A DNA stretch of 58,044 bases, filler included, from Sphacelaria rigidula (lineage: Eukaryota), in assembly GCA_964200075.2 (NCBI GenBank). It is 9 parts of 9 records of this genome, joined end to end, with 100 filler letters (N's around TTAATTAATTAA, not from the genome) between each part and the next. Parts side by side here need not be neighbours in the genome. Positions count along the whole stretch, not along the records: positions 12,923 to 19,283 come from CAXNAA020020534.1; positions 19,384 to 25,744 come from CAXNAA020020535.1; positions 25,845 to 32,204 come from CAXNAA020020536.1; 6 more parts are not named here. One strand, 5' to 3'. The position numbers and the translations under genes were made by a program. Below are positions 13,276 to 26,192 of the stretch, in pieces; position 1 is the stretch's first letter; each line of letters starts with the position of its first letter. The notes under the pieces were generated by a model, which was not told the DNA's origin, did not search any database, and saw only the letters and a list, made by a program, of their open reading frames with translations.

Positions 13276-13439
13276 ACCACACACAAGACCACCACCCACC
13301 AAGTCCAGAGGCGACACAACANNNNNNNNNNTGTTGTCGAAGCAAGCGCAACATAAAAAATAGTAGGCGCTATTTTCCGTATGTCTTTTTTTCCTCCCAT
13401 CCACCCCCTAACCCCCCCCCCCCCCCCCCCTTTACCTAA

Positions 13440-13866
13440 ACCTGCCAGAAAGAAGGAAGGTATACCAATCGTCGTGTGAAGGAGGAAGTATATACACAGA
13501 AATGCCCCTGTGGCAAAGCAATAGAGAGCGGAACTCATATAGTGGCATGATACGAAGTGTGCAAGGAGGAACGGGACGTGCTCGAGGGGGGAATGCGGGA
13601 CGTGAACGAAGGATGCATGAGATCGTTTGATGCATTAGACAGTGTGGAGAAAACGATGGCTATACTAGGAGATGGATGGTGGTCACAGACGGCGAAACAG
13701 GACGGGGATCAGACATGTCAAAGGTTTTTTTGTGTAATGGATGGAAGAAACGTAATGAGCGCCGGAATGTTGAAGATGTCTCTATTAGGAGTAGGAACGG
13801 TGCTCCGTCTCGAAAGGGATGCGTCGTCAACGGTCAAACGACTCAGGCCAGCAACAAATGAGTACG
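13440..13866 (+). mobile_element. 5'-truncated non-LTR retrotransposon (C-tract family), ORF C-terminus and 3' end
   Basis: Decayed CPCGKAIESGTHIVA zinc knuckle...KEERDVLE...EKTMAILGDGWW...SIRSRNGAPSRKGCVVNGQ; flanked by C runs. Confidence 0.8.
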
Positions 13867-13979
13867 CCTCCCCCCGCCCCTCTCCCCGAAATCTACGGCG
13901 GACAGTCTCTACTTTCTCCGAGTGTGTAAGAAGAGGTTCCTCAACAACCAGTTCAGGCAATATATCAATTTACGACTAC

Positions 13980-14429
13980 GGTCGCTTCTTATTGACTGGA
14001 AAAAATCTCTTTGAGAACTGCCCCTTTGAACCTTTCCTCGCGGATTATTGGCGGGTTTGGCTTCCTCGGAAAGATTGTCGATTTTTTTCACGAGGATTCT
14101 GGCGCGCTTTTCTGATTGTTTGTACGCCCAGTTTTACTTTTGACCGGATTCTGATTTTTTGTCGGTCCCACCCAAAATCGTCCAGTTGTCGGAAAAAAGA
14201 CGTACTTTCCCCCGACAACTCGGGCGATCGCAAAAATCTAGAATCCGGCCAAAAGTAAAACTGGGCGTACAACCAATCGGAAAAGTGCGCTAGAATCCTC
14301 GTGAAGAAAATCGCCAGTCTTTCCGAGGAGGCCAAATCCGCCAAGGCCCGTATTCCCCCACTAATCCGTGATGAATGGTTCAAAAGGGCAGTTCTCAGAC
14401 ATATTTTTTTCAGTCTATAAGAAGCGGCC
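13980..14429. mobile_element. Foldback/MITE with ~180-bp imperfect TIRs
   Basis: 13980-14160 is reverse-complementary to 14231-14429; GG...CC termini; flanks CGACTAC/TGACTAC. Confidence 0.85.
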
Positions 14430-15525
14430 TGACTACAGATTTCGTAGCGTCGAACTTTTTTCAGCATCTTGTTTCCCGGAGAAGTCAGGGAAAAATCACA
14501 TTCTGGACGACTAGATTATACTGTCAAAAAATATACTGCGTACAGTGTGGAACCTCTTGTCTATTGCATTAGACGCAATAGTCGATATGGGACACAGTAG
14601 TGCACTTTTTGACAAAGCAATATATCGTCTTTCCCTCGTCCGAAAAATAAAAATTCAACCAACCATTCAACCATCCATTCTATCCCAACCAACCAATCCA
14701 AACAATCAGTCCGCCCAACCACTACCAAAAACAAAATAGAAACCATATCACAACAAACATTAATCAACCAATTGATTGATCAATTTATTATTCTATATGT
14801 ATATGCTTCTGCTCCTTAATATATATGTTGTATATAAAGTATTGTTCAGGGTGTGGGAAGAAATTTAATTGTTCGGAAAAAGTAGAGCAAAAGGTTGAAA
14901 AAAAATACTCGGCTAATTATTATAAGCCTTATCTCCAATAAATGTTTCCGTTCATTTACCGTTGCGCTGTGCGTCTATATTGTCACCGCAACCTGGGGGC
15001 TATATATGGTCAATAGTTTCAACAGGCCTATACTTTGCTCAATACCTTTTTCTATATTCAACTATTGACCACATGCTGTTCGGGTTGTGATCGAGACTGA
15101 ACACGGCTGGCTTTAACATAACAGCGGATTAGTTAATGTGCGATAATCAGTCAACCACTCAATCAATTAACCAATTAATCAAGCAAAAGTGGGGACTGCC
15201 CTGCCTTGTATAAAGCTACCTACTGTTGTATCCACATTTTTTGGAATGCGTCACTGTTCGCCCTTGTTGACGTACACGATTCACTTACCACTACTTCAGG
15301 CGTATATCTCGATATTTATTCTTGTATTGTTTTCTTTCGTTTCGTTTCGCTTTTTATTTGTTAATGAAAAGCTGGCGTGGTATTGACTCCCGCATCCGAC
15401 ATACTTTCTCACCGTACACTCACATTTACTCCGCTCACATATGTGTTTTGTTGATGCATATGAATACCTGTCGTGTACTCTTGGCTTTTTCTTGTTATTA
15501 TTTGTATTTTGTTTGTGCAAAACAG

Positions 15526-15642
15526 CTTGTGCGATGTGGCGTCCGGCCGTCGTTGAAGGGAGCGATTTTCAAGGCTCTGGCGGCATGCGCCAAGGACCCC
15601 ACGATCGCTGTTCATTTGTGGACCTTCATTGAGGACGCTCAG
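15526..15642 (+). CDS. NUP205: Nucleoporin Nup205, internal exon
   Basis: CAG|LVRCGVRPSLKGAIFKALAACAKDPTIAVHLWTFIEDAQ|GTGTGT, 117 nt; resembles the Nup205 motif C.VPP.LK..L...LAAF.K.P.IA..LW..LE..Q. Confidence 0.85.
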
Positions 15643-15663
15643 GTGTGTGCAATTTTGCCTTCA

Positions 15664-15695
<32 letters not shown>

Positions 15696-16065
15696 CCCCC
15701 CCCCCTCCCCTCTCTTCAATTATTTATATTATCCATCCTGCTCNNNNNNNNNNTCATTGAGGACGCTCAGGTGTGTGCAATTTTGCCTTCCCCCCCCCCC
15801 CCCCTCTTCCCTCCTTCCTTACCTCCCCCTCTTCTTGATTCTGAAATACCTATTAGCTCTGCTAGCGTAACATACACTGTGCCTCTCGAGAAAAACCTCA
15901 TGACAAAAAAAGAAGAAAATGTGTCGTACTCTTGAGTCTAAGTGGGGGTATGCATTTGCTCACCGTGGCTGGGTCCGTGGCAGATCAACAAATACAAAAC
16001 ACTCACCGATGGCATTATAACGTAGAGTACCACCGTTTCTTCCCCAACCCCCCCACCAGATCGAT

Positions 16066-16432
16066 AGACGTGCCCCTGTAAAGCAATAGAGAGCAGAAGT
16101 CATGTAGTGGTAGAATGTGCACTATACAAGGAGGAACCGGACGTGCTAGAGGGGGAAATGCGGGAAGTAAACGTAGGTGGCATGGAATCGTTTGGTACAC
16201 CAGACAGTAGCGAGAAAACAATGGCTGTACTAGGAGATACATGGTAGCAAGAGACGGCGAAACAGGACGGGGATGAGATATGTTGAAGGTTTTCGTGTTA
16301 TGTGTGGAAGAAAACGCTATGAGCGCCAGAATGTTGTTGTAGGTGTCTCTGTTAGGAGTGGGAGCGGTCCTCCGTCTCGAAAGGGACCCGTGGTCAATGG
16401 TCAAACGACTAAGGCAAGCAAGAAATAAATAC
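16066..16432 (+). mobile_element. Second 5'-truncated copy of the C-tract non-LTR family (in Nup205 intron)
   Basis: Colinear with 13500-13866; followed by a long C run. Confidence 0.8.
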
Positions 16433-17219
16433 GCCCCCCCCCCCCCCCCCCCCCCCCCCACCCTACGCCTCCGCCCTCCCGCCCGCTCCCCCCCCCCCCC
16501 CCCTCTCCGCTCTCAAGGGGGTCGATCCATCTCTACCCCTCGTACACATCTTACAGTACATTTTGGTATATCGAGGATTCGGATTTGAACAGCACTACCA
16601 CACTTCGTCGATTGTCGTCATTTTTTTTGTTTCTGCTCTTCGCTACCCTGACTAGTTTCACTTGCGCCTACCTTTCTGACCACCGGGGTGTGTGGTCCAC
16701 CGCATGTAGCCGCATCCATTGCCCGGCAGAATATGTGTCGTGTCATGAATGACCTGTGAGGGATATTTTGGGGCCACCTGACGTGAAGCAAGTCAGTTCG
16801 GTCGGGACCTAAATGTGAGCTCACACACGCTTACACGAACAATTCCTCGCGAAGTAGTCAACCCGAGACAAACGATCAAAAGATTAACCAATCAATATTT
16901 TCATTCTATCATCCAATCTTTCAATCATTCGATCAATTATTTAATTGATTATTGAGTCCATGCCATAAGCTATCATTCGACCTATTAATACCATCCATTC
17001 AATCATTCAATCAATTTTCCATTCATGCTATCAATTATTCATCCAAACATTCAGTCATTCAATCAATAATTTTTCAATCATTCAGCTGTTCATTTAATCA
17101 TTCAATTATTCAATCAATAAAAAACCGTTCATTCGATTATTCGATTATACTATCAATAGTTCGGTCGTGCAATCAGTCGATCATCAATCAATCCATTATC
17201 ATCCATACTGCCATGTGTT

Positions 17220-18436
17220 GTGTGTGTTGTCGTCCCATCTATTCTGGACGCCAGTCTACACCTTTCGGTATATGTAGGCGCACCAGCCGGGGTCACACGG
17301 GAGGAAGGCCAACACAAGAGCTTTTCTTTTATTTGTTTTCAGTACTCCACCTCCCTTCTGCAGTGCTTGCCTTTTATGTTTTATCGCGAGCGAGGTTCAG
17401 CACTTCTTTTCCCTCGTCGACCGTTAAGTCGATTTTTTTGTACCCACGACATATGCCGTGTCTGGTCAATTTTTTCCGATTCGAAAACATGCGGTCGAAT
17501 TGAATTGGTCGCTACGAGGCCGTATCAGATTCGTCCACGGCATTTATGTACTCAGATGGCTTCAAGTCCATTTTATAATTAGTTGCGTGCGACGCGCAGG
17601 GTCATAAAGAGAAAAGTTTAGCCTTCTCGAGCGAAACGACGGCGGAACAAACGAAGGGGCACGTAACTCCTGTATTGTAAACAACCCTGCCAGATACTAC
17701 CCTTTCCTTGAGTTGCGCAATCCCATATGGTTCATTCGCAGCTACCTACTCAACCCTGCGGCATAGATCACGAACTGAGTGCAGGGATACATACACTGCG
17801 GTTACAGGAAACTGACACCACCACGCTTTTGGCATGATGTGTTTCTTCTTGTTGGCAAAAACTTGGGCATCTAATTTTGTGGCAGGGTCCACCGACCGAG
17901 TTGCGTGTTGGGGTGGCCGATCGAATTGCCAACGCGCTCATGGACAGTAGAGGCAGTGCAAAACTGCTCGTGGTTCAAACCTGCTTCGCATCCTTCTATA
18001 TGCAGAGAGTCGGAGAGCTGTGCTGTCTGTATGTCGCGTTGCCCGAGTCTTTTCCACATCGCGCCTGCATGCTGTGCGAAACACACACACTATCTCGACA
18101 GTAGGTACAGGTCGCCACTGTTGTTGTACGGTCTGTACTGCCTGTACTGTACTGTTGTCCATTGAAAATGAGTAAAGAAGTACCGCTTCACAAATTTCGC
18201 TTAGCCTTTTCGATTCAAAGCGTGCAAATTCGCTCGAACCCGAACATGGCAAAGCGAACTAAATCGGTTCCGCCGCACGAACTCGTTCGAGTCGAAGAAA
18301 ATTTGATGAGACACGGCCATCGTCGTTCTCCACTGTTGGGCATGGTGCGAGATAAATCCCAGATCGCTCCGAGATTTGAAGCCACGACCCAGCCGTCAGA
18401 AGGTTTCGAGCTTACAAACTGAGCTACCGGGGCGAC
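17220..18436 (-). mobile_element. tRNA-derived SINE (family B) split by an insertion
   Basis: 17220-17454 plus 18318-18436 are colinear with the intact copy at 52877-53238. Confidence 0.85.
17455..18317. mobile_element. Non-autonomous TIR element (863 bp) inside the SINE
   Basis: Imperfect TIR GCCGTGTCT..TCAA.TTTT...CGA.TCGAA; its ends coincide with the break in the SINE. Confidence 0.75.
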
Positions 18437-18857
18437 TGGCGTGAGACCAGTTACTCAATCATCTCAACGATCATTCGATTGCTCGATAATCATTCATTCA
18501 AGCAATCAGTTATTCATTCATTCAACCATTCCGTCAAGTTTTCTATCAATCGATCAATTATCCAGCCCTTCCCCCCCTCCCCCTCCCATGCAGAGTATTT
18601 GAGATCGACGTTTGTTGCATTATAGTGCGGTTATTCATACACATTGAAAGAAGGAGAAACAGCACTTGCTTTGACCGGTCGGGGTCATATTCACATATGT
18701 GTACGGTGTACTGTAGGCAAGCGGAGTGGGCTCCACAGAATGAGAGGTTCTCTTTCGTCTATATGGTTGGCTTTACCCACGACGTCATTTCCCTTGGCTT
18801 CGCTTTTCCTGACGTTTGTTTTGTTTTTTTGTCTCCGCGTGTGTGATGTAATGATAG

Positions 18858-19025
18858 CTCGTGCCGACGCGCATCACGTCAGTGCACGGTCAGCACCAGC
18901 TGAACGGTGGTGGTCTTGGTGGCAGTAGCAGCAGCAGCAACGGTGGGCTGTTCGTGGAGCTGGAGCAGGTTGAGTCCAGAGACGGGACGTACCCTGCCAC
19001 GGAGGGATTCTGCTGCCTCATGCAG
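18858..19025 (+). CDS. NUP205: Nucleoporin Nup205, next exon
   Basis: TAG|LVPTR...GGLFVELEQVESRDGTYPATEGFCCLMQ|GTAGGT, 168 nt; resembles Nup205 GI..EL..IESR..EYP.T.AF..L; phase 0 joins the previous exon. Confidence 0.88.
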
Positions 19026-19283
19026 GTAGGTGAAGAAAGCACGGGGGAGTGATGGCAGCAGGCCGTTCTTGTAGGTCGTTAGCTACTCTTAATCTTGGTT
19101 TTTGCTTGCCCCGAGACATGTGTCATCATCCAACACATACTAGGTGTGCATTTTCCCGCGTAGGCTCTAATGGACCGATTCTGTGACTCTTGATTTCTAA
19201 TGTGCCTTGTTTTTTCGGGGGGGGGGGGGGGGGGGGTTTTTTTTTTTTCTTTCTGTTTGCGTCCTGTTGCCCGCCATCCCTTT

Positions 19284-19383
19284 NNNNNNNNNNNNNNNNN
19301 NNNNNNNNNNNNNNNNNNNNNNNNNNNTTAATTAATTAANNNNNNNNNNNNNNNNNNNNNNNNNNNNNNNNNNNNNNNNNNNN
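19284..19383. other. Artificial scaffold linker
   Basis: Same 100-bp linker. Confidence 0.98.
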
Positions 19384-19725
19384 CTGAAAGTGTGGGGAAA
19401 GCACTGTTTTTGGCTTGAACCTCATCTCGGAGTTAAACTTCAATTCGCATAATTTGTATTTATTTTCGCTTTGTTAGTCGTTCGTTCCATTAGTATCACG
19501 CATTATCTTGAGATACAACCGGCGATTCGCCCAAGGGTGTCGCCAGACGACCCGCCGTAGACGTCTGTACTCAAGGGCGCACTGCATCAAGCACTCTACA
19601 ACTTCCACATTAACCCTACGCACGGATCAAAACTTCCGTCGGCAAAAGATGATTCCCACGGTTACTTATATACCTACGCAACTCATCTGCCATAAACATG
19701 TCTACGACTGTCGCTATAGGTACAA

Positions 19726-22700
19726 TCAAAACGCGAATTCGTCGTTGTGGTCTTTGCCTGCTTCCGATGCCGAATCCTCCACCTCTGAGTCGCTACACTC
19801 GGAGTCTGAATCTCCAAGCCAGATCCTGGCTGAATGCTTCGATCCGCCCTCTGTGGGACCATCTAGACCGCCGTCGCAACAACTGCGACTGGTAGGATCT
19901 GGTCCCGGATCCGATTCCCCTCCCGCTACCCACGCCATTTTCCCGCCATCTCGTCGGAAGCACTCCTCACCACGACTACTATCAACACCTACTCCCGGAG
20001 CCTTCCTCGCTCCATTCGCCTGCCCCCCGCCACGCAACGCCGCTGACCCGCCCCTTCCATGGTTCGCCGCTGACCCGCCCCTTCCACGGTTCGCCGTGGA
20101 TCCGCCACTCCCCTTACGACGTCCGCGGCATGTGTCGATATATCCTCCCGCGGAATCACCTGTAGCAGTAGCGTCGGTCGCTGGGGCAGGGGGTGGGGGT
20201 GAAAAGCAGCGGCCCTGACAACCGCAGCTCAGCGTACATTTCCCCAAACATCTGTAATCTCGGCACTGGTGACCTCTTTGCGCCGCCCTTTCCGGCTTGC
20301 ACGCCCATCTCGGGGTTCGTACGATTAGGGTTAGGGGTCGTATATGGCCACGATTTTACCCGACATTGCTTCGAAGAACACTCTGATGGTATCGTGTGCC
20401 ACCAGATCGTTGTTAGCCTCCGATGCTTTGGTTCCGTCCACGCCAAGTGCCTCTGCGATAAACTCTATCCCTGCCCCCCCAAACCGGTTCATGATGGCCT
20501 TCGCCATGTGGTACAGAAGGTGCCAGTCACCCACGTATATTCTGAGCCAGTGATAGTGGCCGGAGTTACTCCGGATCAGGTGATACATGAAGCGAAATGT
20601 CTCCTCATCGCCGGCAACCATCCATGGCGCCGCCGCGCCCCTCTCGTCCACGTGGCGTATATCAGCAAGACGATCGATGGCGGCCTTCGAGTCGGACCAA
20701 CCCTCCGTGGTGCCCAGTTGCATGAAGAGGTACTTGAACACCTGCGGGTCCCTCTGCATTATCGGTATCGCCTAGTGGGGGGAGTCGAGGATGAGATCAC
20801 ACGAGCGCGGATGATGCAGGGTATACACTCCGTTACGCATTTGTACGCCCTCACACTTTTAATCCATGCCATTTTGCGAGGTGCGCACGTCGCATCATGG
20901 GATACCTTCCGCTGCACGCGACTTTAAAGCTTGCACCGGAAATAGGAGAAGCACTCGTGCATTCCCTGAAATGTTTCCACAGACTCTTCTTCTCCTAATC
21001 TCTTGCTCGTGAATTGTTTACGATGAAGTCTCAGTACCGGGTAGAAAACGCAGATACGGCATCTCTAAGGATTTCGAATCCATACCTTGCCAACCTACTC
21101 GGTACGAGCAAATACAGTTGGGTTACCCGTGCGCGGCGTCCGCGCAAAATTATTTCATCACCTAAACCTAACCCTAGCTTAAGTGCAAACAGCCTGATGT
21201 TGATGCGAGCTCAGCTCCAATATCTATATATTATCATGTCAGATGCAACACTGTGCCCCAGGCACAGGTGCGTGATCTCGCCATCTTTCGACCCTAATAT
21301 CCCGAGCAACTACTGTGCACTCAAAAAATGACAACTCTGTTCACCTGTCTGAGTTCGATCTCCAAGCACGTTTCGATGTGGCCACCTTCACCTGTGATCC
21401 TCGCCACCGCGCAACGGAATGCTGCATCGTCGAATACGGAGAGGAAACGCTCCCATTACTGACCGTCGCTGTGCAAGGAGGGTTCCGTCGTGATATCCGC
21501 GGCCACCAGATCACCTTGCCGGCGGTGCGCGTGCATGAGCGACAGATGCCCTGGCAGATTCTCCACGGCCACGCAGGTGGGCCCTATAGTACTTACATGT
21601 GCCCCGACCCCCGTGACACTCGTCGTCGGCCGAAAATCGCAGGTGTCCCAAGGAATCGCAGCAACCCGTAATGCGGGGGCCATGGCATGTCTGTTCATCC
21701 TCCACTTCACGTACAACTGTTCCCGCTTGTACCGCATCGACTTTGTCATGCAGAGTTCATCGGCGGCGACGTAGTCGATGACAGCAACGGGTGTGCCGTG
21801 CGTTTTCAACACCTGCGCTAGATGGAAGTCGTGCATCGCTCGAAAACCTCGGCCTAAAAGAGTTTTGACGAGGGTTTGCACGAGCACGTACAGTCTCCCA
21901 CTCCGCCCCTTCCTCTCCCTCATCTCCTTGCGCAGCGCCTTTTCCCGCGGGGTCGATCCGTGTGCTCTTGCGCTGGCGAGGAACATCGCCGATCCCCCTT
22001 GAGCTGCGCCCCCATGTTCATGTTGCGCCGTTCCACCACCACACCTGCTTGCGGTGTCCATCAAACCCGCCCCGCCATCCCGCGCCCCCGACATGTCGAC
22101 ATCATCCGTCGCAGCGGTGCGAGGCACATGAATAGAATCCCCTTGCATACCGCTCCTTGCTTCATCCACTGTCGGAAAAAGCAAGTCCAGATCATCACTC
22201 GACAATTGCAAATGGCACAGACTGCTCAGCAATGCGAACAGTGCCGGCGGCGAATTTCTGGTCCCCATCCCCCGATACGTTCCTCAGTTCGTGTGCACTT
22301 TCGATGTCCACCCTGACGATAGACCCAGCCGCTATGACCACGGCCCGTTTATCCTCCTCCGAACCGGCAACTGTCACCTGCTGGAGTGCGTGTTCAATAG
22401 GCTGACCAGTCTCCATCTCGGCGGTGGGGCGGGAGACAGAACGCGCCAACTCTCTCGTACCCTCGTACGCATGTTGCGAAGTTCAACGTCGGCCGCAATG
22501 AGTACCTCGGGCGCCACCACGGAAGGAACGAGATGGATAAACTTGCGTCGCCCATCGCATACAGCCGCATCAGCCCCGCTTATTTTAAGCTTGGCGTCGA
22601 CTGGGCCATCCGCGGCCACCGCATCGATAGTTCTCAGCGTTTGCTCCCTGGTATGCTTGTCTAGAGCAGCCCGGGCGTTCACTGCGGTTCTGGCTTCGGT

Positions 22701-24299
22701 CAGCCAGGATTGAACATCCTCCGGTCCCACTAAACGCCCCTCCTCAACGGCCGCGATCACTTTTTGGTGTACCTTTGCAACACAGTCCCGCTCGCCAGGG
22801 GTAGGGGGGGTGTCAAACCAACAATCACGGGTGTGAAGCTAACCGGAGGGAGGGGATTTGCCTTCCGTCTAGTACTCGTTATCCTGTATCGCTCGATGGA
22901 GTGTCAAAAACAATCTGCACAAGCAACCTGAACTCGTTTGACAGTTTTTCACAAGCGCAGCCGGGCGTCACCATCATCATCCGCACACGACTCCAGAAAT
23001 TGCCGAGCCTCGTGATTCGCGCCGCGCCAAGATGACGCCAGGCGTTGTCTTTCCCGGGCCCTGGTCGATGGCAGGCGAAGCACAGCCGCGATACCGGGTC
23101 GTGTATCTGACCGCAAGAAGAGCACGTGCTGCATTCGTCGTCGGAGACGGGGAACTGCATGTCACACACATCACGACTGCAAACGCGCTTTCGTCCTTTC
23201 CCCCTCCTCATACCCCTACCAGGGGTAGACCCTGCCGGCGCAGCACGCACCCTCCTGCAGCTATCACGATTTCCAGGGAGGCCTTGGAAACTACTGCGTC
23301 GCGTCGTCAGTTTCCCTCTTTCACCGTGCGCGCAATGTTCACCACGATCAGTATCGGGGGGTGTTGCCCGGCGGTCGGGATGCGTCATTAGCTCGCTTGC
23401 AGCCCCGTTCGTAGGTGCCGGTCCTACCTGCTCTTGTTCCGAACCCGCGAATGATGAGCTGCCGACACCTTCAACTCTGCATTGGTCGACCTAGGTGGCG
23501 GCAGTATCTGCAGCCTTCTTTTTCCGCTTCGATTTTGACGCCGGCGCGCCTGCAGGAGTTGGTCGCGAGGTGCATGGTGAGCCTGGTCGCTTGTTACGGT
23601 GTCCCGGCGGCGTGAAAACTCCCCCCGGTGAGCCCCGAGTAGGACCCCGTCTTGAGTTGTATGGGGATACGGACATCGGCACTTCCTCGGGAGGTGGTAT
23701 GACCAGCAGCTGATCTTCCCTCAAGCCGTTTCTGTGCTGCAACACCGCCTGCTGTTGCTTATGCCACGCTCCCCAGACGCTGTCAACTTCCGGCTAATTC
23801 GTCGCGGTCCTCTTCCGCCTCGATTCACGTATGCCAGCATATGGTGGTGTGCCTCTGCCGGACTTGGGCGGTGTACGTCTTTTCTTGGCCTTGGCCGATG
23901 GAGTTGGATTTTGTACATCCGGGACTCTACCACCGGCAGCTCTCCCGAATTCGCGGGGGGTGTTACCCGCTTCCTTGAGAGGTACTGTCGGCGGATTCCG
24001 TGGTAACACCTCCCGTACATTGTTTTCTGACGCCGAGTTGATGAAGATTTCAGAAGTCGCGCCTTCCCCGGTCGATCCCGATCGAAATTTGAAGTTATTA
24101 CCTTCTGCACTCGGATGGTCATTGCACCCCCCAACCCCTGCTTTTCTACAGATGCGCCATCACTGGACGCGAAGGACGCCTCCGGCGCACTGAACAGCAC
24201 AATCGCCGTATCTTTTCCGTAGGAACGGGGGCTCAGCCACTTTTGCGGTTGGACTCGTTCGCCGGTGTGACCCTCGGCGATGCTCCTCACATTTTTCAT
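19726..24299 (-). pseudogene. Decayed, intron-containing DUF6589/Academ-like transposase gene
   Basis: Chain of minus-strand ORFs: Cys-rich finger (22879-23388), IPWDTCDF, VAGDEETF, WLRIYVGDWHLL, acidic C-terminus. In-frame GT-AG intron 21344-20772; stop at 21456-21458 and frameshifts near 22270-22450. Confidence 0.65.
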
Positions 24300-25744
24300 T
24301 GGTGCTGCACATTCGGAGTGCGTCAGGGGAGATCTGCTTTCAGCCGTGGGTGTGGCATGCGTCGGTCGGGATGGAGGCGACAGTGGTGTGCAGACACTTC
24401 ATTATCTGCCCGGAATGGACGGGAAAATGATAGATTGACACAACGTATCAGTCGTGCAGTCTTCTATATTTTTTAGATTGTAAAAGACACGGGTTCGGGT
24501 GAAATGATGATATCCCGAAACGTGGGCATCCTCAATTTAGTTCAAATATCACAATCATCAGCGGGAACAAGAGGACAGCGGTCGAATGAGCTGGATCTTC
24601 AGCACTTCTATTTCGCACGGTAATAGTCCACGAGGAGTATTGTGGTACTCTCACCTTGAGACCGATTGCGGTGCCGTATCTCACGTTCGGTCTGTCCCGG
24701 CCGACGTCTCAAAAGTGCTCCAGACGTTGCACCCCAACTGTGAGTCTTGGGGATCTTTCACACCTACGGGCAGCGAATGTGCGGGGGGGTGGATGCGTGT
24801 GGGATCGTACGTCAATTATTTTTATTACAGATATCGTCAATCGTGCGGTTATCATGCTGTACTGTCCAACGATAACGGAGTTTTGGTTGCCGCACGATCT
24901 AATCTCATGACCCTGCATGTGATCGTCGTACTGATGTACTGTCCAAGTTCACAACTCGAAATCTGTGTCGTTTATGAGTCGGATAAACTCGCTCCACGTA
25001 GGGAGTCGTCCGAACCCGATTGCAGGTTCCCAACATGCCATCAATGCGTAATAAAAAGGCGCCAGGTGGGATCAATACTTTTCTTCATGAAGTACGTAAT
25101 CCGCAGAATTACACATGACCCACGGCCGTATGTCGCTCATCGTGAATGGGGATGGCTTCGACAAGGCCGTCATGTAGTACTCTACATACTGTTTCTTCCC
25201 GCACTCGGCGCTGGTCATACCCGAACACTGCACTTCACAGGCTGGACAACACTCTGTGCTGCACTACATTTCACTCAACGAAGTTATGCGGTTCTGTGCT
25301 ACGCTAGGGTGCATGGTGTTGTGCTGCACGCGCTTGTACTGTACTAGGGTGAACAGCTTGTAGAGCAAGAAGGGGGCTCTTTACTGCACCCATGTGCTGG
25401 TACGGAGCAAAAAATAAACTTTTTTCAACTTCAGTCAAGTCGTTGATTTTGAGACACCGATGGATTTCAGTGAAACCTTTCGCAACAGAAATTCTACGTT
25501 ATCTACATGGTGAAACATTCCTCTGGATCTCTCCTGGTCGTGTAGGTCGAGCGCCATGTTCTCTCATGACACAGGAGATCAGGTTTCAGCGAGGGGGATA
25601 ATGTTCACCCTGAGCTGCACGGATTCTGCCCTAACTCGTGGCATGCAGCACTGTTGTCATTGCAATTTGCGAGAGGAACTGTCTGTCTATATATCAACGC
25701 ACCTTGATTGTTCATGCGCCTCCTCCTCCCTCCTGGGCGATGCT

Positions 25745-25844
25745 NNNNNNNNNNNNNNNNNNNNNNNNNNNNNNNNNNNNNNNNNNNNTTAATTAATTAA
25801 NNNNNNNNNNNNNNNNNNNNNNNNNNNNNNNNNNNNNNNNNNNN
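25745..25844. other. Artificial scaffold linker
   Basis: Same 100-bp linker. Confidence 0.98.
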
Positions 25845-26192
25845 CATTTCGATTTACGTGAAGATTTTGCCTCCCAAAACAATGCACTTTTTTAGGAGGG
25901 GGCTATTATCGTAGAAAGTGTCGAATCGGCATCGATTTCACTTGAAAAAATAATGCATGATCCAGATCGACTGCCCTCGCGGTCTGAGGGTAAAATAGAC
26001 ATCTAGGAGCGCACCCGTGCGTGAAATTTCAGGGTCTACCTCGAAAAATGGCGTGAAGGATTTTTGGGGAGCATTTTCCGGTCGTTCACCCTCAATCATA
26101 CTGTTGTATTAATAATGTAACGCCCCATGTAATGCGAGCTGGGTCCTGCGGTACCATGCTCGGCCAAGACACGACTTTATCATCCCATATAG

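Noticed and set aside
13557..14258. 233-aa ORF
   Set aside because: Chance read-through from a retroelement fragment into a foldback element
15754..15800. Second copy of the Nup205 exon end and donor
   Set aside because: Duplicates 15626-15665 across a 10-N gap beside poly-C; most likely an unmerged contig overlap
17877..18104. Exon-like ORF inside the Nup205 intron
   Set aside because: Lies within a TIR element; the flanking Nup205 exons join in frame without it
19508..20927. Plus-strand ORFs of 236 and 244 aa
   Set aside because: Antisense shadows of the GC-rich minus-strand transposase relic
24586..25347. 253-aa plus-strand ORF
   Set aside because: No recognisable motif or splice structure; probably non-coding element sequence
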